Position numbers and translations under genes: made by a program. Shown in pieces: positions 46,401-57,129 of a stretch of DNA of 64,000 bases. This stretch comes from Macrostomum lignano (Eukaryota). The stretch's first letter is position 1; each line of letters starts with the position of its first letter. The notes under the pieces were generated by a model that saw only the letters and a list, made by a program, of their open reading frames with translations, did not search any database and was not told the origin of the DNA. The stretch is from assembly GCA_002269645.1 (NCBI GenBank), contig NIVC01000391.1:558001-622000 (forward strand). Reading direction: 5' to 3'.

Positions 46401-49400
46401 CTTGGCCGGAGAAACCAGAGGCCATGGCGAACCAGAACGAGGTGATGTACAGGGTGAGGTTCTTGTAGAAGGAGAACAGGATCACTATGGTGACGCGGTG
46501 GTAGCTCCAGGCACCGTGCACGAAGAGCAACTTTTTGAGGAAGCGGAACTGGGCCAGAGCGTAGTCGGAGGCGGCCGCGGCCTGCGGTGCGAAATTTATG
46601 AATATATGCGATTATTAATGAGTATCTTCGCGCATACTATTTATAGAACTGAATTTGCCATTTTTACAATGCAACACACCATTTTCAAGATTGAATACAC
46701 GATTTTAGAATCTAAAAACATGCCACTTCTATAATCTTAAACATGCCACGTCTAGAATCTAACATGCCATTTGTAGAATCTTAATATGCCATTTGTAGAA
46801 TCTTAATATGCCATTTGTAGAATCTTAATATGCCATTTGTAGAATCTAACACTTCTAGAATCTAACATGCCACTTCTAGAATCTAACATGCCACTTCTAG
46901 AATCTAACATGCCACTTCTAGAATCTAACATGCCACTTCTAGAATCTAACATGCCACTTCTAGAATCTAACATGCCACTTCTAGAATCTAACATGCCACT
47001 TCTAGAATCTAACATGCCACTTCTAGAATCTAACATGCCACTTCTAGAATCTAACATGCCACTTCTAGAATCTAACATGCCACTTCTAGAATCTAACATG
47101 CCACTTCTAGAATCTAACATGCCACTTCTAGAATCTAACATGCCACTTCTAGAATCTAACATGCCACTTCTAGAATCTAACATGCCACTTCTAGAATCTA
47201 ACATGCCACTTCTAGAATCTAACATGCCACTTCTAGAATCTAACATGCCACTTCTAGAATCTAACATGCCACTTCTAGAATCTAACATGCCACTTCTAGA
47301 ATCTAACATGCCACTTCTAGAATCTAACATGCCACTTCTAGAATCTAACATGCCACTTCTAGAATCTAACATGCCACTTCTAGAATCTAACATGCCACTT
47401 CTAGAATCTAACATGCCACTTCTAGAATCTAACATGCCACTTCAAGAATCGAACATGCCATTGTTGTATTAAATGACTGCCAATAAGCGGCTCCGGTCCC
47501 TTCTCACCTGCAGGCCCTCCTTGCCCTTCAGCCCGACCCCGACGTGGCTCTCCTGAATCATTGGTACGTCGTTGGCGCCGTCCCCGATGGCCAGCGTGAC
47601 GGCGGTCGGCAGGGCCTCGCGCACGTATCGGACCACGTCGGACTTCTGCTTGGGGCTGACTCGGCAGCAGATCACCGTGCGGCACTGCAGACAGACCTCC
47701 AGGAACTCCGCCCGCAGCTCCGGCCTGCCCGCCCAGGCCAGGGCTTCGCCTTCGACAACCAGCGCCGGCTCCTTGCTGCTGCCCTCCAGGCCGCCGACCC
47801 AGGACTGCAGAGCGGCGACTTTCGACCGGACATCGTCCAGGCCGGAACCCGTGAGGGTGCGCACCTCCATGCCCGACTGCAGCAGCCGGCAGGAGTAGCC
47901 GATGTTGATGGCCGTCTCCAGCTTGTCGCCAGTGAGCACCCAGATTCGAATCCCGGCTAGCAGCAGGTCGTTAATGGTAGCCGGGACGCCCACCTGCAGC
48001 TTGTCCTCGATGGCTGTGGCGCCCAGCAGCTCCAGGTTCTGCGGTTAGCGTACATGTACCCTTATGTTTACAAATCCCATGACTTCACCCGAAATGTGTC
48101 ACGAATCCCATGACTTCACCCGAAATGTGTCACGAATCCCATGACTTCACTCGAAATGTGTCACAAATTCCATGACTTCACCCGAAATGTGTCACAAATC
48201 CCATGACTTCACCCGAAATGATCACAAATCCCATGACTTCACCCGAAATGTGTCACAAATCCCATGACTTCACCCGAAATGTGTCACGAATCCCATGACT
48301 TCACCCGAAATGTGTCACGAATCCCATGACTTCACCCGAAATGTGTCACGAATCCCATGACTTCACCCGAAATGTGTCACGAATCCCATGACTTCACCCG
48401 AAATGTGTCACAAATCCCATGACTTCACCCGAAATGTGTCACAAATCCCATGACTTCACCCGAAATGTGTCACGAATCCCATGACTTCACCCGAAATGTG
48501 TCACAAATCCCATGACTTCACCCGAAATGTGTCACAAATCCCATGACTTCACCCGAAATGTGTCACAAATCCCATGACTTCACCCGAAATATGTCACAAA
48601 TCCCATGACTTCCTCAATATGTTCACATATCCCATGAATTAGCCAAAATGTTCACAAATCCTATTAATTCCTGAATATGTTCACAAATCCCATAAATTCA
48701 CCCGCAATGATAACAAATCCCATGACTTCCCCAATATGTTCACAAATCCCATGAATTCACCCGAAATGTTCACAAATCCCATGAATTCACCCGAAATGTT
48801 CACATATCCCATGAATTCCCCAAAATGTTAACAAATCCTTATAACTTCACTAATCTTATCAATTTTCAAAATAACTGTGAGACTTGACAACTTCACAAAA
48901 AACTTTACTAATCCCAAAACTTGTCAAATCCTGCACCAGCATAAAATAAATGGGCAAATCCCGGATCCCCGAGAATGGCAGCCTCACAGTTTCAATCTTG
49001 GAAGCAACATCCGCTAGCAGCTGCTCGCGATTTTCCACATGGTTGCAAGCCCGCTGGTACTCGGCCTCCAGCTGCTCCCATCGGCTCGGCTCGATTCGGG
49101 CGGTTGCTATGCAGAGCGTGCGCAGTCCGGCCACGGCGAATTTCTCCATGTGGGCGGTGGTGTCCTGAGCGTGGCGCTCGCTGCCCAGGCGCGAGTAGAT
49201 CGCCGAGTCCTGGAATTTGTTTGTTTATTTTGTGTGACTTTGGTTGTTTATCTTGTGTGCCTTTGGTTGTTTATCCTGTGTGACTTTGGTTGTTTATCTT
49301 GTGTGCCTTTGGTTGTTTATCTTGTGTCCTTTTGGTTGTTTATCTTGTGTGCCTTTGGTTGTTTATCTTGTGTGCTTTTGTTTGTTTATCTTCTGTGACT

Positions 49401-52400
49401 TTGTTTGTTTATCTTGTGTGCCTTTGGTTGTTTATCTTGTGTGACTTTGGTTGTTTATCTTGTGTGACTTTGGTTGTTTATCTTGTGTGACTTTGTTTGT
49501 TCATCCTGTGTCCTTTTGGTTGTTTATCTTGTGTGACTTTGGTTGTTTATCTTGTGTGACTTTGGTTGTTTATCTTGTGTGACTTTGTTTGTTCATCTTG
49601 TGTCCTTTTGGTTGTTTATCTTGTGCCCCTTTGATTGTTTATCGAGTGTCCTTTGATTGTTTATCGACAGTCGTTTGATTGTTTATCTTGTGTGACTTTG
49701 TTTGTTCATCCTGTGTCCTTTTGGTTGTTTATCTTGTGCCCCTTTGATTGTTTATCGAGTGTCCTTTGGTTGATTATCGAGTGTCCTTTGGTTGTTTAGC
49801 TTGTGAGATTTCGGTTGTTTAGCTTGTGAGATTTTGGTTGTTCAGCTTGTGGGATTTTGGTTGTTTATCTGACCTCGTTTCGGTTGTTTATCTTGTATAT
49901 TTTTGGTTGTTTTTGTGTAACTTTGGCTGTTTCTTTTGTAATTTTGCCAGCGCCACAGCAGCAAACTGAAATCTCACCGCGCCTTTCATAAACAGCCGAA
50001 TGGAGCCATCCGGGCACTGCACCACCATAGACATCCGCTTGCGATCGCTCGTGAACTCAAATTTTGCCAGGGTTTTGTAAACTCGCTCCTGACCAGCCTG
50101 ACCAAAAGAGTTGGTGAAATTTAAGTCTTACTCACTTAGTTCTGTAGTTCTCAGTGAGTTCTTAGTAGCAGGTTAACAATAACTTTGATCAAATTTAATT
50201 TGGCAGCGCACGGAATCTACGACCTGTGAAACAGTAGTATCTGTTAGCTTACTAGCAGTAGTGATACAAGAATGCACAGCACTCACAGCCCTGATGGTGA
50301 CGAATGTGTCCATTTAGACAGCGGGCACTACACAGCACTCACAGCCCTGATGGTGACGAATGTGTCCATTTAGACAGCGGGCACTACACAGCACTCACAG
50401 CCCTGATGGTGACGAATGTGTCCATTTAGACAGCGGGCACTACACAGCACTCACAGCCCTGATGGTGACGAATGTGTCCATTTAGACAGCGGGCACTACA
50501 CAGCACTCACAGCCCTGATGGTGACGAATGTGTCCATTTAGACAGCGGGCACTACACAGCACTCACAGCCCTGATGGTGACGAATGTGTTCATTTAGACA
50601 GCGTGCACTACACAGCACTCACAGCCCTGATAGTGACGAATGTGTTCATTTAGACAGCGGGCACTACACAGCACTCACAGCCCTGATGGTGACGAATGTG
50701 TCCAAGCTGCGATCGCACAACTCGTAGCCGGCCGACTTGGCCGCCACAACCAGGGCGGCCTCGTCAGGCGAACTGGCACTGTAGTCAAGCACGGAGCCGT
50801 CAGCCGCCTTCTCCGGTATGACGGTGTGGCACACGGCCAGCACGGTCAGGAACAGGTCCAGCTCGGCCGGGGCGGCGCCGCCGTCCACCAGCTGGCGGAT
50901 GGCGCCGACGCCGGATTTGAACTGCAGGGCGCCGGTCTCGGCGTTTGTGTCCACCTCGCCATAGACTCGGCCGGCCACGCTGGCGCCCTGGAACACCATG
51001 CAGTTCTGCGTCAGGGTGCCCGTCTTGTCCGAGAAGACGAAATTAATCTGGCCGAGCTCCTCGTTCAAGCTGGAGGTGCGCGCCTCAGCCGCGATGTCGC
51101 TGGATTCCTCGTACATGTCCAAATCCTGAGCGCGTAGTTATTGTTTTAAAATAAAAAAACTCGAATAAAACTCGCATTTTTACTGTAAGTAGTTTACGTG
51201 CATGTTTTATTTAAGCCAGGACACTTACGCATTGAATAAAATAGGCCTGAAAGATTCGCATGAACTCCAGCGTCACTTGCAGCGATATTGGCACAATCGT
51301 GTGGAACGTGATGAATGCCGTGATCAGCATAGAGCCGAAGTGGGAAATCGACAGCACTGCAATTGGCGTTGGTGAGGCGACACCGAAGCATGCAGTGGGT
51401 TAAATGCTTCACTCCGGCTCGAACTTTGAAGCTCATGTAGTGATCCGCTAGTTGATGTTAGGCGTCCCACTTTGTCAGCAGTCTCCCTCGCCCTCGCCCT
51501 GGGTTGCTGTCTGCCGCTGGTCAGCTTCCCACCCCCCTTGGCCCGTCTGTTGCTGCCCTTGGCCTGTTCTGCCCTTCTGCGTCTCTGTTCTCAGCCCTCA
51601 GCTTCTCTGCTGTGGGCTGTCTCTGTTTCGTTCCCGTCCCGTTTTCCTCTGTCATGTGAGCAAGTCACATGACAGACTCTGCGTTCTTCGAGTCCTAAAG
51701 TGCAGTAAACATGTTTACTGCACTCGTTGGCCCTGTTTACCGGGAGAATCACGTGCTTTCGGAACCCTCCCTTCTCTAAGGAGAGGAGTGACTCATGTTG
51801 CTAAAAATAGCAACTGAGTCACAGCCGCGTGTACTCTGGCCGGAGACCTCAAGTGACGTCAGTTCTAAAAATAGAACGAGTCACGAGGTCTTGCGCGCAC
51901 TGAGACCCTGCCTCGAGATCTCAAGTGACGTCAGTTCTAAAAATAGAACAAGTCACGAGGTCTTGTGCGTGGGTGTTTCCCGGCTATAAATAGGACCCCT
52001 CTCCCCTTGTTTCCGTCAAGGATTTTGGCTTCTTATCTGCGGAGAATTCACTAAGAACCCGTGTGCGTCAGTGTCTAACTAAGTGCCCTTTGCGTACTGA
52101 ATCCGTTTGTACTGGTCTGACTGAGACCCCACAAAAGCCCAAGCCTAAGGGAGGCTAACACTGCCTTCCCAGCCACCCCTGAGCCCGGCGGGGATCTGCT
52201 GATCAGGACGCCTTGTTCATTAATCTGCAAATCTGCACACTGTGCTGAGTTCGTTGACTTGTTTATTTCGTTCCGACGGGAAGCTCACCTCATCGAAGGC
52301 CGAGACCTGAAGGAACTGGTGGCAGCACTACCTACGCTACTGAGAGAGTTGAGAGAACTTCCCACTGAAGAGGCTCAAGATTAAGGTAATCCGCAAGGGC

Positions 52401-52604
52401 CTAAACCGGGAAGAAAACCCATTGTACTTCACTGGTGGCAGCGGTGGGATTCAAAGACCTACCAGGCCACCCCGAGAAAAACGCTATCTATTTCACTCAT
52501 AGAGTGTCGGATAGGAAATAGACGTCAGAATAAAGATGAAACCAGACACAATGTTACTACGAGATGTAGACAGACAGACAGACAGAGAGACAGACAGACA
52601 GACC

Positions 52605-52645
<41 letters not shown>

Positions 52646-52793
52646 CCAGACAGACACTAAGACGGACAGACAGACAGACAGGCAGACAGACAGACAGACA
52701 GACACTCTGACACTAAGACAGACACTAAGACAGACAGACAGGCAGACAGACAGACAGACAGACAGACAGACAGGCAGACAGACAGACAGACAC

Positions 52794-52836
<43 letters not shown>

Positions 52837-55800
52837 CACAGACAGACACACAGACAGACAGACAGACAGACAGACACACAGACAGACAGACAGACAGACA
52901 GACACACAGACAGACAGACAGACAGACACACAGACAGACAGACAGACAGTGCAGCTGCACTCACCATTCTCAGGAATGTACCAGGCCACGGTGCCGGCAG
53001 TGCCGGTCCACCAGGCATTAGCAATGGAGGTAAACAGAGTCAGGAAGGCCAGAATGGCCATGAGCAGCAGAAAGTACCGATTGGACTCCTGCTCAACCCG
53101 GGACCGCTTCAGCGGCACAGACTTGGAGTTCTTCATCACCTTGGTGTCGGGGCCAGTGTACACAACTAGGCCAATCACGAAGCCAGTCTTGCGCAGGCAG
53201 GTGCCTCTCATCAGCAGCTGATTGAGGCTGACTGCCAGGCGCTCCGAGCCGCCCTCGGGCTGCTGCAGCAGCAGGGAGCCCTTGAACTTGCTAGTGTCAT
53301 CGTTCGGCGGCTCGCATATCAGACGGCCCTGTGGGAAGCACAGAGGCGGGCGCAGCGGCTGCTAGCTGGACTCAAACTATTCAGTTGAATTTGCCCCAGA
53401 TCCCAGGATTCGCACCTGCAGAGCCACCAGCTGATGCGGCTGAGTCAGCTCGGCGGTGGCTGGCAGAGCCTGCCGCACCTTCAAGTTGGTCTCGCCGTCC
53501 AGATTGGCAGTTTCAATGTAGCAGATGCCCTTGGCCTCGGAGCTGGACAGCAGCAGGATGTCGGCGGGCAGCAGGCAGTTGCTCTCCACACGGACCATGT
53601 CGCCAACCTGAAGATGCTTCCATCTGGCCTCGTGCCAAGTCGAGTGGCGAAGAATTTTTGTTTTACTGTTGTTCACCCGCTGGTCGGTGCGAAGGCGGCC
53701 CTGATAAAAGTAAAAATTTAAAAAAAATTTTGAGTCACGTGACCTGCAGGTACGATATAACAACAGTAATTTTGATCTTTAAATGGTCGCGTGACTTATT
53801 GATTTAACTTATTGATATTGGAGACAGTGGCCTGAAGTCATTCAGAATAGACACGATAGCAGGTCACGTGACTATTAGATAACTTATTATTGCAGAGGAT
53901 GACCCGAAGTCAGTCAGAATAGACACGATAGCAGGTCACGTGACTATTAGATAACTTATTGCAGAGGATGACCCGAAGTCATTCAGAATAGACACGATAG
54001 CAGGTCACGTGACTCATAGATAACTTATTGCAGAGGATGACCCGAAGTCATTCAGAATAGACACGATAGCAGGTCACGTGACTCATAGATAACTTATTGC
54101 AGAGGATGATCCGAAGTCATTCAGAATAGACACGATAGCAGGTCACGTGACTCATAGATAACTTATTGCAGAGGATGATCCGAAGTCATTCAGAATAGAC
54201 ACGATAGCAGGTCACGTGACTCATAGATAACTTATTGCAGAGGATGATCCGAAGTCATTCAGAATAGACACGATAGCAGGTCACGTGACTCATAGATAAC
54301 TTATTGCAGAGGATGATCCGAAGTCATTCAGAATAGACACGATAGCAGGTCACGTGACTCATAGGTAATTTATGGCAGATTATACGACTTCAAGTTTAGC
54401 AGTGGGCAGCTCACCCAGTCCTCCACAACCTCCTTGATGACAGTCAGCAGCATGATAATGCCTAACGGTACCGCCGTGGTGAACCGGCCAGTGGGCGACA
54501 GGCCGGGAATTTGCTGGACAATGAGGTGGGTTTAAGAGGGGATTTAAACCAGCACAGCATCTCATCTCCCATCACTGAAAAGTTGTATCTGAGCAGAAGC
54601 AAAGAAACTAAGGTAATACTGATATAACTGAGTCAATCAGTTTAATCAGTAACCAAAACCGATAATATTTTTTAAATAATTATAGACTAATTGACCAAAC
54701 AAATAAATTTTGGCTGGAGGGCTGCAAGCGGCCTGGCACAAGGCCTTTGGCGACATCGCCCACAACCAGTGCTGAGGCCATTCTGCCCATTCCACAGACT
54801 CCTGAGCTCATTCAAGCGCATCAATACTGTACGCAGACAGGCACTCACATACATGCTCACCACTTACTAACCTGAAGCAAAGCAACAACAAAGAAGAAAG
54901 CATTGGGCGCTTTGCGAAATTGTTCGAACAAAAATTTTGGCCAGAAGGTTAACAGCGTGTACTTTGTAGTGCTGATGGAGTTCAGTTTAAATGGCGACTT
55001 GCCATCAATGCTGGCCCTGTTGAGTTCCACAAACCGCTCTTTGTAGGCTGCTGAGGCACCAGGCTCCTGGGAGCTTTGACTGTGCAAGGCTGCATAGCCT
55101 GCATGTATAGGAAATTAATAGGTGAAAGAGTATGTGGTGAAGGATTATGGCTATTATATGGCTCAATGGCTATTGAGTATGCAATCAGGATAAGATTAAT
55201 TAACAATTTTATTTGTGATAAGGATAAAACTAACTCTATAGATAATAAAACATTAGCTAATTTAAAATAGTCTAAGATATTAGAGTAGAATTTGTTGAAA
55301 ACTATAATAGCAACTTTAAGATATCAAAAAATCACTAACAGATGAAAAAAATAACTATACTGAAGTAAAGACACATATACCATTGTGCTATTAATATCTA
55401 CAATGTTATCAATTGCGATATAATACCACTATTTAAAAAAGTTTTATTTTTAGAAGCAAATTATCTAAAAAAAGTATGCAGTGTATCATATTGAATTTTA
55501 TTCATATTTATAAAATAATTACATTACTTTTGAAAGTACTTTTTTTTACTTTTAAAAATCAGTATTTATTATTTTATTTTTGTTTGTTTTTGTTTTTTAT
55601 TTGTCAGTCTTTAAAATACTCAAACTGCCTTAATGTCTACCTATTCTTTATATTCTAATATTCATTATGTATTTTATCAAAAAAAGAAACATTTTGTATA
55701 TATATTGTACATATTATACATATTATATATAATATATAATTATACATATTATATTATGTATTATTATATATTATATTATGTATAATTATATATTATATAC

Positions 55801-57129
55801 ATATTATATTATGTATAATATATTAATAATATATAATTATACATACATATTATATTTTGTATTAATAAAATATATATCTAGAGGCATATATTTATTATAC
55901 CATTAGCTGATATTTTAAGAAACTTGTACTCTGTAGGAATTTTAAAATGATTTTTTCTTTGATTAATAAAGAAATATATACTTCCCAGATTCCTATATTA
56001 TGTCAATATAATTTAGTCAAACCTGAATGGGAAGATTCTTTATAGGGATTGTTTTTTTCACTTTTTTTAATACATTTTATGAATGATTTTATTATTAGAA
56101 ACCTATTTAAGATTAGGTTAAAAAATTTGAAACCTTAGAAAATGACTTAAGCAAAAGGTCAATAGCCAATATATATGCACAATATAGCTGGCTAGCAAAG
56201 GTGAGGCCTAACAAATTTGGTATAAATCAAAAAGGTAATGCATATATGATAGGCCGATAGGGGCCTAGCCAACTGCTAGGGTATAGTCAATGGAAAGTTT
56301 TAAGATAGAAAGATTTATATAAGCACTAGAGATAGGCCTATATTTTTTCTATTAAACCAAACTTGATAATTAATTTAGGCCAATATATAAATATATAAAT
56401 GAACTAGAAGTGCCTAAGGCCCAATCTTATCAAAATTATAAAATTAATTACAATATCAACTTGAAAAAATCATTATCATATATTTTTAGTTTCATACTTT
56501 AAAACTTTAAAACATTTATTTCTTTTTTAATTTGAAAAATTGTTTGTTTTTTAATACATTTTTGGAAGCTAGGCCTACTTTGTAACAAATTGCTATTTTT
56601 TAATATTGGCATTAGGAATAACTAAAAGAAAGTGGTTGTCTTATTTTTTGTTTTTTGTCTTTTCAAGTATCTCTGAAAATAAATGTTTGACAAAAGTTTT
56701 TAATAGCCATTAAAGGATCAATTTTTTTGGATAAGGCAAGGTTGGTTTGTTATCTTAGCGTATAACTTAGATGAAGTATCAACTTACTTCTACCTACTCT
56801 ACTTACTTGAGCCTATTTACTATATAACTATTGTCTATATTGTGGTAAAAAATATCTTAGGCCTAGAAAGCAGGCCAGGCCCCTAGTATTGAATTATAAG
56901 TTTTTAATTTTAGGCTTATTAGATAATATTGAATTTAATTCTGCATATAGGTATTAATGTAAGAAAAGAGCATTTCTATATAATTTGCCATAATAGTATA
57001 CAAAACAAATCCAAGCATTGTCATTGACTCATTATTCATTAGGCCTAACAAACCTGGTAAATCTGGAACATCCTCAAGAGTGCCACCAGGGTTGTGAGTT
57101 GCACTATTGTTCTCATTGGTGTCACTCAT
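40474..57129 (-). CDS. ATP8A1: P4-ATPase phospholipid flippase, ATP8A1/ATP8A2 (Drs2) class, 14 exons, about 1184 aa
   Basis: Exons: 57129-57054, 55098-54872, 54513-54415, 53700-53416, 53328-52965, 51356-51229, 51125-50679, 50097-49978, 49209-48988, 48038-47508, 46581-46215, 45195-44721, 43549-43434, 40571-40474 (3555 nt). Motifs [41 protein letters not shown] and the C-terminal GYAFS of ATP8A/Drs2. Exon 1 is assigned by phase match only. The symbol denotes the ATP8A1/2 co-orthologue group. Confidence 0.93.
40650..43365. repeat. 33-bp minisatellite (gagatggaattcaggaatctcaccctatacatt), ATP8A last intron
   Basis: About 80 copies; each unit has an internal TGAGAT...ATCTCA inverted repeat. Confidence 0.97.
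43945..44670. repeat. 44-bp (2 x 22) minisatellite (gggttccttggttgctgagtcaggattagttggttgctaagtgg), ATP8A intron
   Basis: Direct reading. Confidence 0.93.
45262..46115. repeat. 21-bp minisatellite (tgcttcaatctgcctctcctc), ATP8A intron
   Basis: About 40 copies; source of spurious EAEERQI and RGRLKQ ORFs. Confidence 0.96.
46720..47460. repeat. 21-bp minisatellite (ttctagaatctaacatgccac), ATP8A intron
   Basis: Nearly perfect core of about 28 copies. Confidence 0.97.
48070..48845. repeat. 31-bp minisatellite (cccatgacttcacccgaaatgtgtcacaaat), ATP8A intron
   Basis: Direct reading. Confidence 0.94.
49215..49900. repeat. 23-bp minisatellite (ttggttgtttatcttgtgtgact), ATP8A intron
   Basis: Direct reading. 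Confidence 0.92.
50274..50703. repeat. 56-bp tandem repeat containing the ATP8A exon 7 end and its 5' splice site (8 copies)
   Basis: actcac (gtgagt on the minus strand) at 50281, 50337, 50393, 50449, 50505, 50561, 50617 and 50673; the last is the functional donor. Confidence 0.96.
51427..52450 (+). mobile_element. LTR of an LTR retrotransposon (Ty3/Gypsy-like) with primer-binding site, internal region missing
   Basis: Ends ...CTTCA (52431), followed by TGGTGGCAGCGGTGGGAT (52433-52450), the complement of the 3' 18 nt of eukaryotic tRNA-Leu. The start is either TGAAG at 51427 (inverted match to CTTCA) or TG at 51456. TATAAATA at 51985 and a tandem 50-bp enhancer-like repeat are present. No gag/pol or second LTR in the window. 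Confidence 0.75.
52567..52948. repeat. (CAGA)n microsatellite, ATP8A intron 5
   Basis: Direct reading; gacactaagac interruptions. Confidence 0.95.
53820..54365. repeat. 69-bp minisatellite with GTCACGTGAC core, ATP8A intron 3
   Basis: caggtcacgtgac recurs at 54001 and 54070; about 8 copies. Confidence 0.94.
55690..55880. repeat. AT-rich low-complexity (TA/TAT) tract, ATP8A intron 1
   Basis: Direct reading. Confidence 0.85.

Noticed and set aside
46860-47450. Heat-shock elements in the TTCTAGAA and TTCAGGAA units (also 40650-43365)
   Set aside because: Only two nGAAn pentamers per unit; the third (TAA or TCA) does not fit, so these are not full HSEs.
1924-47472. Long low-complexity ORFs (for example 6553-8331, 29226-30263, 45226-46116, 46803-47435, 21932-22852)
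   Set aside because: They are translations of tandem repeats lying inside GT-AG introns or spacers of genes that already splice in frame without them. They are open on several frames and strands at once.
52433-52450. tRNA gene
   Set aside because: Only the 18-nt complement of a tRNA 3' end including CCA, which is a PBS. I saw no tRNA, rRNA or SL-RNA gene in the window.
52493-52560. [13 protein letters not shown] segment as the missing TM3-TM4 exon of ATP8A
   Set aside because: Wrong phase and no PISL motif; the true exon is 51356-51229.
55085-55087. TTG-initiated or SL-AUG-initiated ATP8A
   Set aside because: A phase-1 compatible ATG exon exists at 57129-57054.
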